Shown: positions 1 to 12,998, counted from the first letter of the whole stretch. The stretch is 59,954 nt of DNA, filler included, from Sphacelaria rigidula (GCA_964200075.2; 10 parts of 10 records of this genome joined end to end with filler, not necessarily neighbours in it), one strand, 5' to 3'. Made by a program: numbers and translations. The notes: generated by a model from the letters alone, not told the origin.

Positions 1-65
1 GACATCTGCGCGGTACATTGGTACTGGGCATCTTATGCGGACGCCTTCCGTGGTCACAGGCTAGC
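1..65 (-). repeat. Short interspersed repeat, probable SINE/LINE 3' end; second copy at about 18612-18721
   Basis: gacatctgcgcggtacatt...ccgtggtcacaggctagc closely matches 18657-18721, where the minus strand runs on into a (CAA)n tail. Confidence 0.75.
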
Positions 66-3000
66 AGAAGAGTGAGTGGAGACATGGATTCATCATGTCA
101 AGGTGGATCCTGTACCCGAGAGCAGCATCATTTTATCCGTTCTCGGGTCGAGCAAGATGTACAATCATCGACTTTCAATTGAGCATGCCGGCTGGCAGAG
201 TATGGATAAGCCAACCCGAACCCAAGCACAAGTGGGCATGGCGGGGATGCCCATTGGGATGGGGGCGAAGGGGGCCGGGGGGCATGGAATGTGCAGGTTA
301 ACCAGAATCCGAGGGTACTTCCGTCACATGCGCATTGTATACTCTGTTAGAAACGACGTCCGCTCATGATTTCTACAAAGGGATTTCATCTGCCCGATCT
401 CGCAGCGACACGTTCAGTCTTGAGGGAATAGCCAGTAAACAGTCGCAAACCACTAATCCCCCCCCCCGCCCCACCTCCGCCCCCTGGAAGTTCCGCCCCA
501 CCCGGGGAGAACGCGTGCAGGACGCGCGGCCAAAATGCAAATTGGTGGCTGCCTCGCGAGCGTTGGTTTGCGCAAGTCGGTCGTTGTCGCAGTTGAGGGG
601 CTGCTGTGGGGACAGATGTAAGCACTGTACCAACGAACCCTCCATCGACGTCTATCGGACATTATTAGATTTCTCGACAACCCACGGCATGCGCTCATCT
701 ACCGGACCAAATTGCGTGTACACATCTTGCAAGCTCCGGAAGATATTCGCAACGAAGCCCTCTGTCGTGCCCAGCAAGCAACGGAGTTGTCGAGACTAAA
801 GTGGGTACAGAGTCCCCGACACAAACGGTTGCAGCGTGGCCTCACCCAGACGATCTTTCATGCAAACGACCTACATGCAGGTGAGGATGAGACCCTTACT
901 CCGAACGGCAAATCCCCCACCCATCATGCACACGAGGACTCATTTTTCAACACACCAGGCGTGCTCACTGTCGTGCCTAAATGCAACATGGCCTAACCCA
1001 CCTTCTCCGTCTCCCCCATGGAGATACGCCTCGCACCCTTCTCGACTGTTGAGGGCATGATTATACCTTGCCTTCTTGTGTGGAAACGGGAATAGGAGTA
1101 AAGGAGGAGTAGGAGTGGTACCAGTTGCCGTTGCAGCTACAAAGATATGAGTTGTTGGTGCTTGGAAGGTTTCTTGGAATGCAAGCGTGCTGGGCAGTAA
1201 TATGTGGTTCCGCTTGATGTGGTATGGGTGCGCAGGTGGGAGTGACCAGAGGTGGGCAGTAGTTGGTGTGGTGGCCGCGGCGGCTGGAGTACTGGTGATC
1301 CGGCACACCAGCAAGAAAATAAAGCGGGTCTTTGGAGGGTTTCGAGCTTTTATGTAAAAGGAAACTCGGAATTACCACGGAGCAACTATACTGAAATTGT
1401 TATATGATGGAACAACTCGAATTTACGATGAGAATTTTTATCGTAAATTCTGGAGACAACTTGTATTGCATACCCGAGACAGTACAGCACGGTATAGTAG
1501 TAGCGCATGTTTTGGAGTTTTTCAAACAATAGTATCTCCGACTCGAGACATTCCATTGAATTTTCGATTTTCGATCAACATGGGACCCGGCGTTCTAGGT
1601 GAGGAGTGTTACGCTGCCAGATTCATCAATCACCGTTATGATATATCCTGGCGGTCTACTTGAATACCAACGGCACATCATTGTTTTTCTTTTCGGATAA
1701 TGGCAAGAGCGGCTATACTGGATGCGGGGTAAACGGTGAAACACGAACCCGCGAATCGCAAAATTACAGCAATTCCACGGAATCTGATGACTCCTATTTG
1801 CTCATCGATACCTACGTGCTTCTGCATACTACGGTTGAGGGGGAAATGCAGTGTCTGCAGGTAAATCCACCGATGCGGCTGGACAAAAATCCGGGCTGCA
1901 GGCAGCAGACAGCATCTTGACCCCCAGACCGCGAGGGTAGTCTTATCTGGATCATGCACACTTTGTTTCACTTGGAATTGATGCCGATTCAACAGAAGAC
2001 TAACCTCGCGCTGTAAGGGTTAATTCTCTCATGTGTAAGAAACGGCCCAATATGTGCTACAGAGACAGTAAGTGTCATTCCTGCTCCTCAAACATCCACA
2101 CGTGTAGAAGAAATTACCGAAATTGCGTTTTCACCTGTGCACTACGCCTTGAGGCAAATGGTGACACCTGGAGTTGGGGGTCCCGGTATGCATTTATGCA
2201 ATAATACGTTGTACCTGAGCGGTGGGTTGCCAGCCCTGCATAGCCGCGCGGCTGCTCTTACCTATACGTAAATACGGGGTGAACGGGGTAGCCCGGACCA
2301 TCTCCGCACGAATGATGCACCTGTTACTTCGAAATACCATGCATATCAAACCTGTATGCACGGAGGGGTACGTTTACAGTATCTGGAGTTTTACTTCATT
2401 GTTCAAGTGAAAGCGATGCCGATTCAACAACCCTATCGATCAATAGTGTTGACCCCTTCTTCACTGCGAAGCGTCTTTGAATCGTTGTGCAAGGATGCCA
2501 GTGCAACCATGGAAATGCCTGCCTACAAAGATCCCGAGGTCTTTCCCGAAGCAGAACTTAAAGAACCGAGGTACTACCCGTATTATTACTGGTGCGGTTG
2601 TGGCGGGTCACCGCACGCACACAATGTAATTAACAAACAGCGCAGTTTTGAGATATCCACGATGAGTGCAAGTATTGGATACTTGACAGCGTACTGTACT
2701 AGCTAGAAGGAACTCAGTCAGGCCGATACTTTTTCAGTTGCGTGAGAGTTAACGACCGGGCTGAACTATTCGGCCGTGTATACATTTGTCGTACTGCGTG
2801 TTCTATATCGTATATACTTCGGGTGAAGAACAAGCTTTGGGCCTGGGCCCAGAACAACAACAACGTCACACGTGCCCATCATAATTCAACATCACGATCA
2901 TCAGATCATCCATCGACCATCACCCCACCCAAGACCATCTTTGCCGATTTGTACGGAATGAATCTGCGGATGCATCAGCCTCATGGGCTGGTGTGTCCAC

Positions 3001-4721
3001 TCCGCGTGCGGAGTGGCTTCTCGTGTGTTTGAAAGCCATGTAAACCAAACACAGTTTAACGTAGTACTCCTATCAAACACTGACTATTGCGCGGGAGTTT
3101 CACGCAATCGGGGTTCTACTCGATCATAAGTGCGGACGGAACTGCCAGAAAGGTACGGACTGTGCGTGCATCGATGATTTGTGCTCATGTCTGCATATTA
3201 TCGTTGGGGCGGGTGGGTGGTATCTCAATATCGCAACCTACTTCCCGTGCTGCTTCGTGCTGCTTCTTGGTAGGTAAGAGGAGGAGGAGCCGGTTGTCAA
3301 GGAACGACTGGACGAGAAGCACGAACAGAGGCTGGCCTAGCGTTGGATATCGAACCATGAGCCATTTCACTTCGATACGATGTCTTATTCTCAACGTCCG
3401 ATATCGATCAAAGTTCGATGAATTCCGGCAAAGACGAAGTGCGACGAGCGTAGCCGAGTCTGCTCGCTGCGTGCGAGCTCCCCCCCGCCTTCCCCCCCCT
3501 TGTCTGTCGAGGGGGGGCGCTGGAGGCAAAAAAAATGTCGCCTGGCTTCATTCTGATCAGAATTGGCCTATTCAAGGCCTCCCAGCTCCCAGCCCACGAC
3601 ATGAAGCAGATGTATCCAGAAGATGTTTATGCAGGTTTGGATAAATACAACCGTTACTAAAGCCGCAAGCAAAGGGTATGAAATTCTAGAAGAATGCCAT
3701 ACCCTTTGGCCGCAAGCCTCGCACCCATTCTGCTTGCGGAGGAAATATCGGACTTGCACAAAAAATACCCCGAGTCGACATCCTGTCTCAGAATCAATCC
3801 CCAAAGTTTACGCGCCATTAGACAGAGTCATAAATGCTACGCGGTACGAGTAGATTTTGTACGTTTGGGTCCAGATCTTCCTCATTTTGGGACTTCTAAA
3901 GCTCTTATTAATAGGAGCTCTACTATGCGAGAATATGGGTCAGCACATTCCCTCTCGCCCTTAATTTAAACTCGTCCGAGATATCACTGCTACTAGCCCA
4001 TTGGAATGCTACTCGTGAGTATATGTTGTCACTTATTTCACAAGAAGTCGTTCTCTGGATGGTATATAGGCTCCTAAAACAATTAATTCAAATATCTCTG
4101 GGGAAAATGCGCATGCACCCCTTCCTCCGTAGAACCTGGTAGATCCGCTTATCTCCAGTCCACAAAAAAAAATCAGGCTGCACACGAAGGCCCAGATCTT
4201 TGTCATCGAGAGGTACCTAATAACATGCAGAGCCTCAGACAACAAATATCCACCCCTACGTACCGTAGAACCACGCCACTCGACACAGAAGAGAAACCTG
4301 ACCCGATAGAAGCACGTTTAGCATCATATATATTGTATTTATTGGCCCCCATGACCAAGCGACAGCAGCATGACATGTCCAGATTTTTTCCTGGGCCCTG
4401 TCTTTCTCTCTGTGGCGATGGTAGTGATAATGTTTCTCGGCCAATCAGGCACTGGGATAAGTTCACAGAAATAAAAATACAGAAGTGGACTCGATTTTAT
4501 GCCGGGTAGTGTATCCCGAAAAAAAGGGCATAATATTTACCAGGCACACAAACACTTTTATCCAACTCGGCATGAAAACGGGGTATTCACGCAAGTTCAT
4601 ATGTATATAGTACGTCTCAGTCTACCATGTCGTTATGTTCGACTTTTTTTTCTGTTCCTTTTTTTTTCTTCCGCCAGTGTTTCAGCTGTGTTTTGTCTTG
4701 GGTACGTCTATCGTGTGGATA

Positions 4722-4792
4722 GTGACCAATCACGGCTGGATCCCAGGGGGATCAGCTAAAGTGCGACAATCATTCAATCAATCAATCAATCA
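4722..4792 (+). repeat. Probable retroposon 3' end with (CAAT)n tail
   Basis: gtgaccaatcacgg...aaagtgcgac is followed directly by caat repeats; it shares motifs with the tails at 11131-11190 and 55481-55541. Confidence 0.55.
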
Positions 4793-5058
4793 ACCAATTG
4801 ATCAATAAAAAATCAATCATGAAGAGCTACTCTATCGGCATATACCCTGCCGGACCATACTGGAGAGTTCGAAACACGGCTCGTCGCATACCGGGATATT
4901 CGATGCATATTTCGGTATGGTAAAACGTGCCAATCACTTTTTCCCCACTTTCGGGTATACCCTATAGAGATCACAATCTTGACCTTTTCTACCGCATATT
5001 CTACACGGTAATTACACGCTCGTTGTAGGCGGTATGGGAAAAAAAAAATGATTTTTCT

Positions 5059-5310
5059 CTACTGTAGCTCGGACGCTATAATCTTGCACGCAATCTCTAC
5101 CCCGTTTTCCTCCGCGATCACCGCTCCGTACTGCTTCGCTATCGCCTCGGTATTTGGCGACAGAGCGATCGAAATAGCGGTGACCAAGCCCTCCCGGGAA
5201 ATCCCCTCTACCCCTCGTCTCCGACACGCCTCCGTCCCCTTCGTTTTATCGGCTGCTGGGGATGGAGGGACTGTTCCTGACACTCGGGAGCCTACGCCCA
5301 TGTGTTCCAC
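5059..5310 (-). CDS. Terminal exon of a GT1-family UDP-glycosyltransferase (sterol 3-beta-glucosyltransferase-like C-terminus), partial gene
   Basis: Acceptor ttactttAG at 5311-5313; the exon reads VEHMGVG...ISREGLVTAISIALSPNTEAIAKQYGAVIAEENGVEIACKIIASELQ*, matching the GT1 C-terminal pattern (GVG...L..AI...L.P....A...G..I..E.GV..A...I). I found no upstream exon in the remaining 600 bp of the contig. Confidence 0.72.
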   Translation of the reverse strand: MEHMGVGSRVSGTVPPSPAADKTKGTEACRRRGVEGISREGLVTAISIALSPNTEAIAKQYGAVIAEENGVEIACKIIASELQ

Positions 5311-5640
5311 CTAAAGTAACCGGGTGATTGGGGAAAGGCATGTCCGAGCGGGCGGGCGGAAACGATCAGGAAACCAATGCGACATCGCATGACGCGTGCG
5401 ACGAGCTGTGGTAAAAAAGAAAAATAAACGAAGATGAAACCACTCATTTGGGCAACAAAAGAGTATTACTTGTGTCCAAACATTGCCCATTGTAGACAAA
5501 CATGAGCGGTGACAGCAGTGGCGGATGTTGGATGCTCTTGCGGTTTTCTGCGCTCGTCAGCACTGGCAGCGATAACGTGTTTGTTAACGTACACTTCACA
5601 CACGCTTGGCACTCCCCCCCACCCCTCCCCTCCCCGAGTC

Positions 5641-5667
5641 TTGGGGTTAGGGTTAGGGTTATTAGGG
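5641..5667 (+). repeat. Short interstitial telomere-like (TTAGGG)n tract
   Basis: ttggggttagggttagggttattaggg. Confidence 0.5.
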
Positions 5668-5759
5668 CGCGAGGAGCCTCGACAGGGATGGGTAGTCAGT
5701 GGTCGAACGACCAAGGCAAGCAACAAGTGGGTACGCCCCCCTCCCCAAAGAAAAAAAAA

Positions 5760-5906
5760 AGTGCCATGATGCTAGACGGGGAGATATCGAAATATTTTGA
5801 AATCTTACAAGGAGTTGCACAAGGATGTACGCCATCCCCCACTTTGTTCAAGGTATTTATCAATGACTTGATAATAGCAATAGAAGCAGCAAAGCAAGGG
5901 GTCAAG
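5760..5906 (+). mobile_element. Non-LTR retrotransposon (LINE) reverse transcriptase fragment, 5'-truncated and cut by the contig end
   Basis: Translation SAMMLDGEISKYFEILQGVAQGCTPSPTLFKVFINDLI contains the LINE RT motif GVxQGxxxSPxLFxxFINDL. Confidence 0.9.
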
Positions 5907-6006
5907 NNNNNNNNNNNNNNNNNNNNNNNNNNNNNNNNNNNNNNNNNNNNTTAATTAATTAANNNNNNNNNNNNNNNNNNNNNNNNNNNNNNNNNNNNNN
6001 NNNNNN
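5907..6006. other. Artificial contig spacer (44 N + TTAATTAATTAA + 44 N); identical spacers at 11913-12012, 17919-18018, 23925-24024, 29930-30029, 35935-36034, 41940-42039, 47945-48044, 53950-54049
   Basis: The same 100-bp block with a six-frame-stop linker occurs nine times, separating segments of 5906 or 5905 bp. Confidence 0.99.
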
Positions 6007-6095
6007 GCAGCCTACAATGAGTTGCTTCATTTTCTGGTATCGCCACTTCCAGAGACAGCCACGGCTTTTGCACTGCCTCATGGGGGCGGGGGGGA
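6007..6095 (-). repeat. High-copy repeat segment found at contig ends (also 24025-24130 minus, 59870-59954 plus)
   Basis: Three similar copies of cccatgaggcagtg..aa.ccgt...tgtctctggaagtgg.gatacca...aat.aagcaa.tcattgtag, each truncated by a contig end. Confidence 0.85.
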
Positions 6096-8924
6096 GGAGA
6101 GGTTAAGCAATATTTGCGGTATGCCCAGAGATGGACAGTGACATCGGTTAAATGTGCTGGAGAGGGGTGTAGGGTAGCAATGAAGACCAACATCAAACGC
6201 CGGCTGTCCCACATGCAGCCTCAACCAATGATTGTTCCACGGACCAGGGGCCTTCGACACAGGTAGAGTACTTTTGAGTTGGCAGTTAGCGTGCATGGTA
6301 TCAAGAGCAGAGGCAAATAGCCCAGACATGAAATTTTATTCAAGCTTAGAGTAGCGACTGAGGTATGTACACTAGGGCATGAATTTAATTTCAAATTCTG
6401 GGTGACAGACAGTGAACACATATCAACTTGAATAAGGGGAGAGGGCGTGGAGCGGAGGAGAGAGATGCGCCCGTCGACGGAGCCCCGTTGTGGTTCAAGA
6501 TTCGAAATTGTGATATTACTATTCAGTATCGTAGCGTGACAGTGGTGGTGGGTGCGGCCTATGTTCCCCCTCGCTATCCTAAGCTCTGAAGCGGCACTAC
6601 AAATTTCGGGATGAAGACCCCAAACCAGGGCTCTGATCATGAAAAGTTTACCTTGAGATTCTTTCCAATTTTGAAAGTGTGCCGGTACCCGAGGATACGT
6701 GTCAAAAAGTGAAAACAACACCTACGTCCAACAGTGATCGGAATCAGAAACAAATCGGCGGCTTAGGGGCTTTTGCAAAACTTGAAAACAAATGTGTGTG
6801 TGTTCTTTTTGTTTTGGAGTGCTCTAGGGTGCGTACGTGTCGACAAAATATTTGTTCGGGCACCATTACGTTACTGGCTTATTTTCCTTGTGTCCTGATC
6901 CTGAAGTGCGGAAGAACAGTTTCCCCGACTCTTCATTGTCTACTACTCCTGCTAGGATACTTTATTGTGTAATGAACAAAAGGCTCAGTATAGCTGTAGG
7001 CTTTTTACGTTCATTCCCCGGTCCTTGCGTTCATGTGCAAGAGGTGAGCGTGAGCCCATATTTGCGGTATAGTATTCGCCCGAGGGAGACTTACCTTCAA
7101 GAATATACACGCATATCGATGAGTTTCTTCGTCAACAAAACAATCCGACCTGAATTGTCGGTGAGCAACATCAACACAGACTTATGGTACATCGAGCAAG
7201 GATAGCGTGAAAGAAGATGATATCACAGATTCATGTATAATTTTCGAATTCATTATGTTGCCAATAGATGCAGCTAATCTTTTCGAGCAATGGCAGAGGC
7301 TTGGATCGAGGTCGCGGGGGTTGGGGGGGGCGGATCCCTCCATTCTCAAATTCCCCAATATTATTAATTCAAGTTATACCCCATCACGTACTTCAAGCTA
7401 CGGACGGAAATCCTCTGTGCTATCTCCTGTAAGACATCTGGTATAGTATACACCTTCTTTCAATTTGAACGGAGATACATTACCGATGAACCTAGCTGCA
7501 AATAGACACGGAGGAGACAAGGTTCTATTGTACCTCCAAGGTGCTTTGACCGACTGCATATTCGAATAACTGCATACAATATTTGAATCTGGACATAGGG
7601 ATCCACCCGGATATTCTTCACTCAGGTATTAATAGGACGTTTTATCTCCGAGCTGCGGCTAATCGACTGTGAAACTTTAGCACCTTAGCCGGTACTCCTG
7701 TCGTTGGGTACTAGCCTCCGGCAGTACCCCCCTCTACGTCTAACCGGAACCTATGCGTCATAATCCAGTCAAATACCACCACAGTTCGTATCTAGATCGC
7801 TAAACAAGGCGCCTCGTCGATTTCCGTTGTCCACGCTTGCGACGCGTCCTTCACCGAAGCGTCAAGATTTACCATTATCTAGCTCCTTTACACGGTTCAA
7901 GTTTCTACTCCATCTAGTAGTCCAGTAATATGGTGTTGTTGGTGTTTGACTTTCGCCCGTACGCTATTCGGCGTCGTATCGCGCAAACCTGCTGTGATCT
8001 TGAGAGTAGTCTCATGGGATGACCAATGCACCTTAACCCCAGTATTTGCCTGAAGTTTCATACTCGAGGAGTGGACCGCCGTTTTCGCAGCCCGTCGCTT
8101 TCAATCAAACGCTTCATATGCTACCCATATTCTCAGGTGATACCGACGGACTCTTGGGCTAACGACTATAATGACAATATCATGACAGGATTCTAACCCA
8201 AAAGGTCAGCCTACCCTGGTCATTGATGTACTGATTTGACAACGGGACCGCGGTGGTGCTATAACCTCTTCAAAACGTGTTCTCTGTTCTCCAAATAAAA
8301 GTGCCACTGGTCATCTTCGCGATGGCAACGTAGATTCTCGAAATGAAACCGTTCCCCCCATGGGGTCGTTTATCCTTAGAATAGCACTACGCGTACCTTT
8401 TTGTGGGGCAGCAAATCGGTTTCGTTGTACTTGCGGCACGTCTTCCATCCACTGCCGTGCTCTTCAATGTCGATCCCTGAAGCATTCATATTTTGCAACT
8501 TCCTCTGTGCACCAGCAGTATCGTCTTGTCGCCCAATTTCCCCTATTCTTCCGGCGGCAGCGACGCGCCATACCAAAGCTAGGATCCACACGGCAGCCCC
8601 CGGCGAGGATATCCTATTTCTCATGTTTTTGTGGTGACTCCCGGATGAATAGTGTGCTGTACCTGCCGTTAAGGTGATGGGGGAGTGTTTCGGGTGATGC
8701 TCACTATATGTACATATTCCTCGATTTCTGGTCAAGATAGCTTTCTTGGCTACGCTATTTACTGAGTTTCGTCGCCTATTCAACCACGCCGACGGAAGCT
8801 GCCTCCTTCCTGGATTATCCCGTCGAAATCCCATCGATACCGAGGATTCTTCTCGACTGCAGGATCGTTGATATTTCTGGAGATGTAAACTGCATTCTAC
8901 GGAGGGCTTCATTACATCTACAAG

Positions 8925-10213
8925 TAGGGCTGTGAACGGACAGCTCTGGCCAGTTAAGCTTCAACTGGCGGCCAGTACATCGATGTTTTTCAGTGTCGGT
9001 TAACTAGGGCTTCGCTGATAAGCTGAGAAAACATCGGCGGCGGGCGGCGAAGCCGCGAGCCTAAACACCCCTCCCCCCGGCTGGTGAGGGGGCCTCGCGG
9101 GAGCGCCGCCGGAGGCAAGAAAAATTGCGGTATTTGGCTTGTTTTTCACTCAAAGATATGAATAGTTGTAAAAAATGTGATCCTTTTACATTGAAGAGCT
9201 AAGATACTTAGACTTCATGAAAATCCCATTCAAGGCAGTGAGTGATTTGAAAATCATAAATCAGTAATCTGTAGCATTCAGCAGCAGAGACTTTCCGTGG
9301 CGAGCGGAGGATGGGAACAAGGAAGCCAAGGCTGACAGCACGTGGGGATCAAAGGACATTATTATTTACGTGGGGGCCAACAAACACGCATGTAGTTGGA
9401 TAGCAAGCCATGGTGAATTTTATATTTTGTGGTCGCGGGTGGCCTCTTCTTATCTTTGTTTCGAGTGTCTTGCAATGAAACGACCGACCTTGGCAGATAG
9501 CCGCTATTATATCACTTCGAGGTGTAGTGAGCATGTGCTGCATCATGTTTATAACGCTCTTCATTATGCAATTGGCGATTGACACTTGGGGTTCGGCGTT
9601 CGGTAGTTCCGCGTCAAGCGTCCCGCCGTATATAAGTCACAACTCCTAGTTATTCCTCTATTTTTCTCATTCGACGGACCAGCCGTCGACCTACACGCTA
9701 CGGCCAAAAAAACGGGAAACTGCAGAGGTACGAGGTACCAACGAAGGAGGCGGGACAACATAAAAGCAGAAAACACCTGAAGTAGTCAGCTCGTGACTGG
9801 CCCGGGGCAAACCCGTTCTTCATGTGCTGTGGAACTACCACAGAACGCCAGATCTATGCTGTACGTGTCGAATGAAACGCGGAAGACGAAGCACGAAGCT
9901 GTGCACCGCTGCTTCACGAGTCATTGACGCAAACAAATTCCGTCGACGCCTTCGAAGCGCCCTCCGTGTCACTTGATGCCCCATATTCCTCTGCAACTGT
10001 AAAATTCAGGCCTCAATTTCATGGTCAATTTGTATATGATGATGATGCAATCATCTGTGTCATAAACTCACCATACCCAGATTGGTATAAAATACCCGGT
10101 GACGGCAACCCTCAAATAAACTGGATAAACTGGTGCCCTCGTTACCAATTTATCCAGTTCAACTCCAGGTTCAGTTTAATCGATAGTATATCCTGGTCCA
10201 GTTCAAAGCCCTA
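8925..10213. mobile_element. Non-autonomous hAT-type DNA transposon, copy 1
   Basis: TIRs TAGGGCTGTGAAC...GTTCAAAGCCCTA; 8-bp flanks tctacaag / tttactag (6/8 match); colinear with 22494-23751; no transposase ORF seen. Confidence 0.88.
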
Positions 10214-10873
10214 TTTACTAGCGTTTCATTATATCTGAATATAAAAATAGACAATCCACGATTTCCTGGGATCCCTCAAACAACTGAGTAGGGGATTCTG
10301 ACAGCTTCATTAGCCGCAGAAGTACGATGCGGGTGTGACTGCGCAGACATTAGTTTCATGTCCAATGTCTGTGTGCTCTAGTCATGGGTAAATGTAAACA
10401 GAACTCATGAGACACTACAGCCAAGAGAGACGGTGTCCAGTACTGCTTACCGACCCTTCCCGGTCTCACTGAGTGCCTCGGTAGGGTTGTGCTCAGACAC
10501 AGAAAGTCTGGGGCAAAGCTTAGTGATTATGCAAAGCAGCAAGGCAGAGGAAGAGGGCACACGCTTCGTCTAGTATGCGGCGGTAGAAACAATCGGTGAA
10601 GTTCGCTCAGACATCAGCTTTGTAGTAGCCGCGACGTTACCGCCGAATCAGGCAGCAGAAAGCACTGGGGAGTCTGTAAACGGGCCGGTCACTTAGATCA
10701 GTAGACAGACGATTGGTGTAGGGTACGGTACGGGTTCGGGGTGCCCACACCCCAGGGAATCTGGCAGATATAGTAGTTTTCTGAAATCGATGGCCCCGGT
10801 GCCCTGGAATACGTGGTCTTGCACCAACAGGGGATTAGCCGCCGATTCCCGATATACTCTAAATACTGTTTAG

Positions 10874-11190
10874 CCGCCGCGCCCCGGTGGTATACTGGTC
10901 CGACTGTCGCCATTAGGGTGGAGAGAACGGGGGTTCGATTCCCGATACGTTGGTTTTTTCTTCTCTTTTTGTATGATTTCCGTCGTGGAAAGCAGGAAAA
11001 CGTGAGTAAACAAAGTAGTCGACTGGGTTTGTGTGATGTGAGTTGACGCGGTGCGGGAGTGATGGTCATGATCCAATCCGCGAGACCAAAATGCAAGGCA
11101 CGTACTGGGGGAGAGATGGGTTGATCCCTTGAGACCACGGGTTCATCCCGAGGAAGGGGAGGGGTTCAAAGTGTGAGGAAAAAAAAAAAA
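10874..11190 (+). mobile_element. tRNA-derived SINE-like element
   Basis: A-box TGGTATACTGG (10888-10898), B-box GGTTCGATTCC (10932-10942), 3' end shared with 55450-55541, poly(A) tail, possible degenerate TSD aaatactgtttag / aaaaactctttgg (10/13). Confidence 0.62.
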
Positions 11191-11479
11191 CTCTTTGGAA
11201 TATTCAGTAGAGTCAGCAGGCGATAAGACGCTCGGTGGTCTGCGACACTCGGTACTCCACATAACCATGAAGAAAAAGACGAGAATAGCACCGGTATTAA
11301 AACGACTCCAGCCCTTTTGAATCCGGGTAAACATGGATTTTCACAACACGCTGACAATGACCCCAATGCCGTGCTCGTTGGTGTTACCCGAGAATAATAC
11401 TCGCTTTACGTGGGCAGATATCACTGCGTCAACCGACTGCTCCGCACAATTTACAGAACGACGGTTCCCATACCAGACA

Positions 11480-11680
11480 GCTCATGAGCCAGCTCATCTA
11501 TTGTGTATAGCTGACGCGTTCAAAGCGTGCGCAGATGAGCTACCCTCTTGTGGTTCAAGTCGGGGAAAACATGTGTAGGCCATGTCAGCTCTCAAAGCTC
11601 ACGCTGGGAAAATATGTGCAGATGAGCTTACCTCAAAGCTGGAGCTATGAAAACATATGCAGATGAATTTCCCTCCTAAG
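11480..11680 (+). repeat. Degenerate tandem repeat of about 40 bp
   Basis: Recurring gaaaacat(a/g)tgcagatgagct.ccctc..agct motif, about 4 units. Confidence 0.6.
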
Positions 11681-11689
11681 AACCAAGGG

Positions 11690-11912
11690 GGAAGGCGGGT
11701 GTGTTCATGATCTTGCATGCCACAGCCATATTACCATTGACCTGTCGCATCCCTACAAAGCCGGGACGGAGCACACCAGGTTTCGCCATAGCTCAAGGCG
11801 GGGGGCGGGAATGTACTCATTTGTTGCTTGTCTTCGTCGTTTGACCATTGACAACGCATCCTTTCGAGACGAAACATAGCTCAAGGGGGATGGGGGGGCG
11901 GGTGTACTCGTG
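11690..11912 (-). repeat. Tandem monomers of a high-copy C/G-tract-flanked repeat (core ctcgaaagggatgcgtggtcaatggtc..gcaagcaacaaatgagtac)
   Basis: Related copies at about 5674-5740, 14385-14550, 14945-14995, 25910-25987, 29778-29929, 41875-41939, 51775-51855, 57097-57146 and 59795-59860. Confidence 0.85.
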
Positions 11913-12059
11913 NNNNNNNNNNNNNNNNNNNNNNNNNNNNNNNNNNNNNNNNNNNNTTAATTAATTAANNNNNNNNNNNNNNNNNNNNNNNNNNNNNNNN
12001 NNNNNNNNNNNNGGATACGAGCTGAGTCACCGGCATCGCCTAGAGATATACGAGATTAA

Positions 12060-12998
12060 CCCTTTTGGGACCGGGCCTCCAGCACGAACAATGAGGCTGG
12101 TTAGGAATGACATGGCTGGCGTCTGCACGAAACAGTGGCGTGTTGCTGATAATCCGCGTATGTAACCGCAGGGTTATGACGAAGAACGAAAGTTTCATCC
12201 AATCTGTTTTGAGGTGCAGGGTGTGCATTAGGTAATGTACAGCCCACGTAGCAAGCAGTATGGGTTGCGGTAGAGAGCATCCAACAGGGTGCGGCGACCG
12301 GCGGGCCGCCCACCACTTGTGGCTTCGGATGATACTTTTGTCCCCATCACCTTGCCACACAGCTCTTTGTGGTCGGGGCGGGCCGCGATTTCCCTCTTTG
12401 TTGCATGCGGTGGATTATCTTCGAAGGGTATCGGCGTTGCGGCGCGCATACATACAGTATAGTACAGTACAACAGTGCCGTACGCCTCCCCGACTGCAGC
12501 AGCAGCTGCCGCTGCATACTCCCTTGCACGTTCTGGGCAACTGTCAGCCACCGAGATCAACTGCCCATACACCGTTTCTTCATCCCCGCCCACTACGTAC
12601 ATGTTAAATGCACACTGCAAGTCATCGGCAGAGGGATAAGCACAATTCATGACGGTAGCTCCTTTTGTCTTTCCCCGGCCCACCTCGGTTTAGTGCCTCG
12701 TGAAAATAACCACATTGTAGGATGTACACTCCCGGGTTTTTCCGGCCCACCCTGTGTTACTGTAAATAACTACGTTTCAGTATAGAATTGGGACCAAATA
12801 AACACTCCGGAAAAACTCGGGAACGCTGTACTGAGTGCAAGTAATACCATAAAACCAAGCTGCGAATCACCGCGCTGATCGTTCGGGTCAGGTCGATAAA
12901 TTTCGCCTCGACGTGATTGGGCAGGTCGCTCGAGGACTTTTTTTTTTTCACGAACACAGGGTCAACCCTGTGTTAGGGGGGGTCCGGCCCCAAAAGGG
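12060..12998. mobile_element. Non-autonomous piggyBac-like element
   Basis: TTAA|CCCTTTTGGGACCGG ... CCGGCCCCAAAAGGG|TTAA: TTAA on both sides (12056-12059, 12999-13002), CCC/GGG termini and a 14/15 TIR match. Confidence 0.85.

Noticed and set aside
5951..5962. Regularly spaced TTAATTAATTAA motif about every 6 kb
   Set aside because: Synthetic linker embedded in N runs.
10881..10950. Possible tRNA gene
   Set aside because: A and B boxes are present, but I could not form convincing acceptor and anticodon stems; treated as a SINE head.
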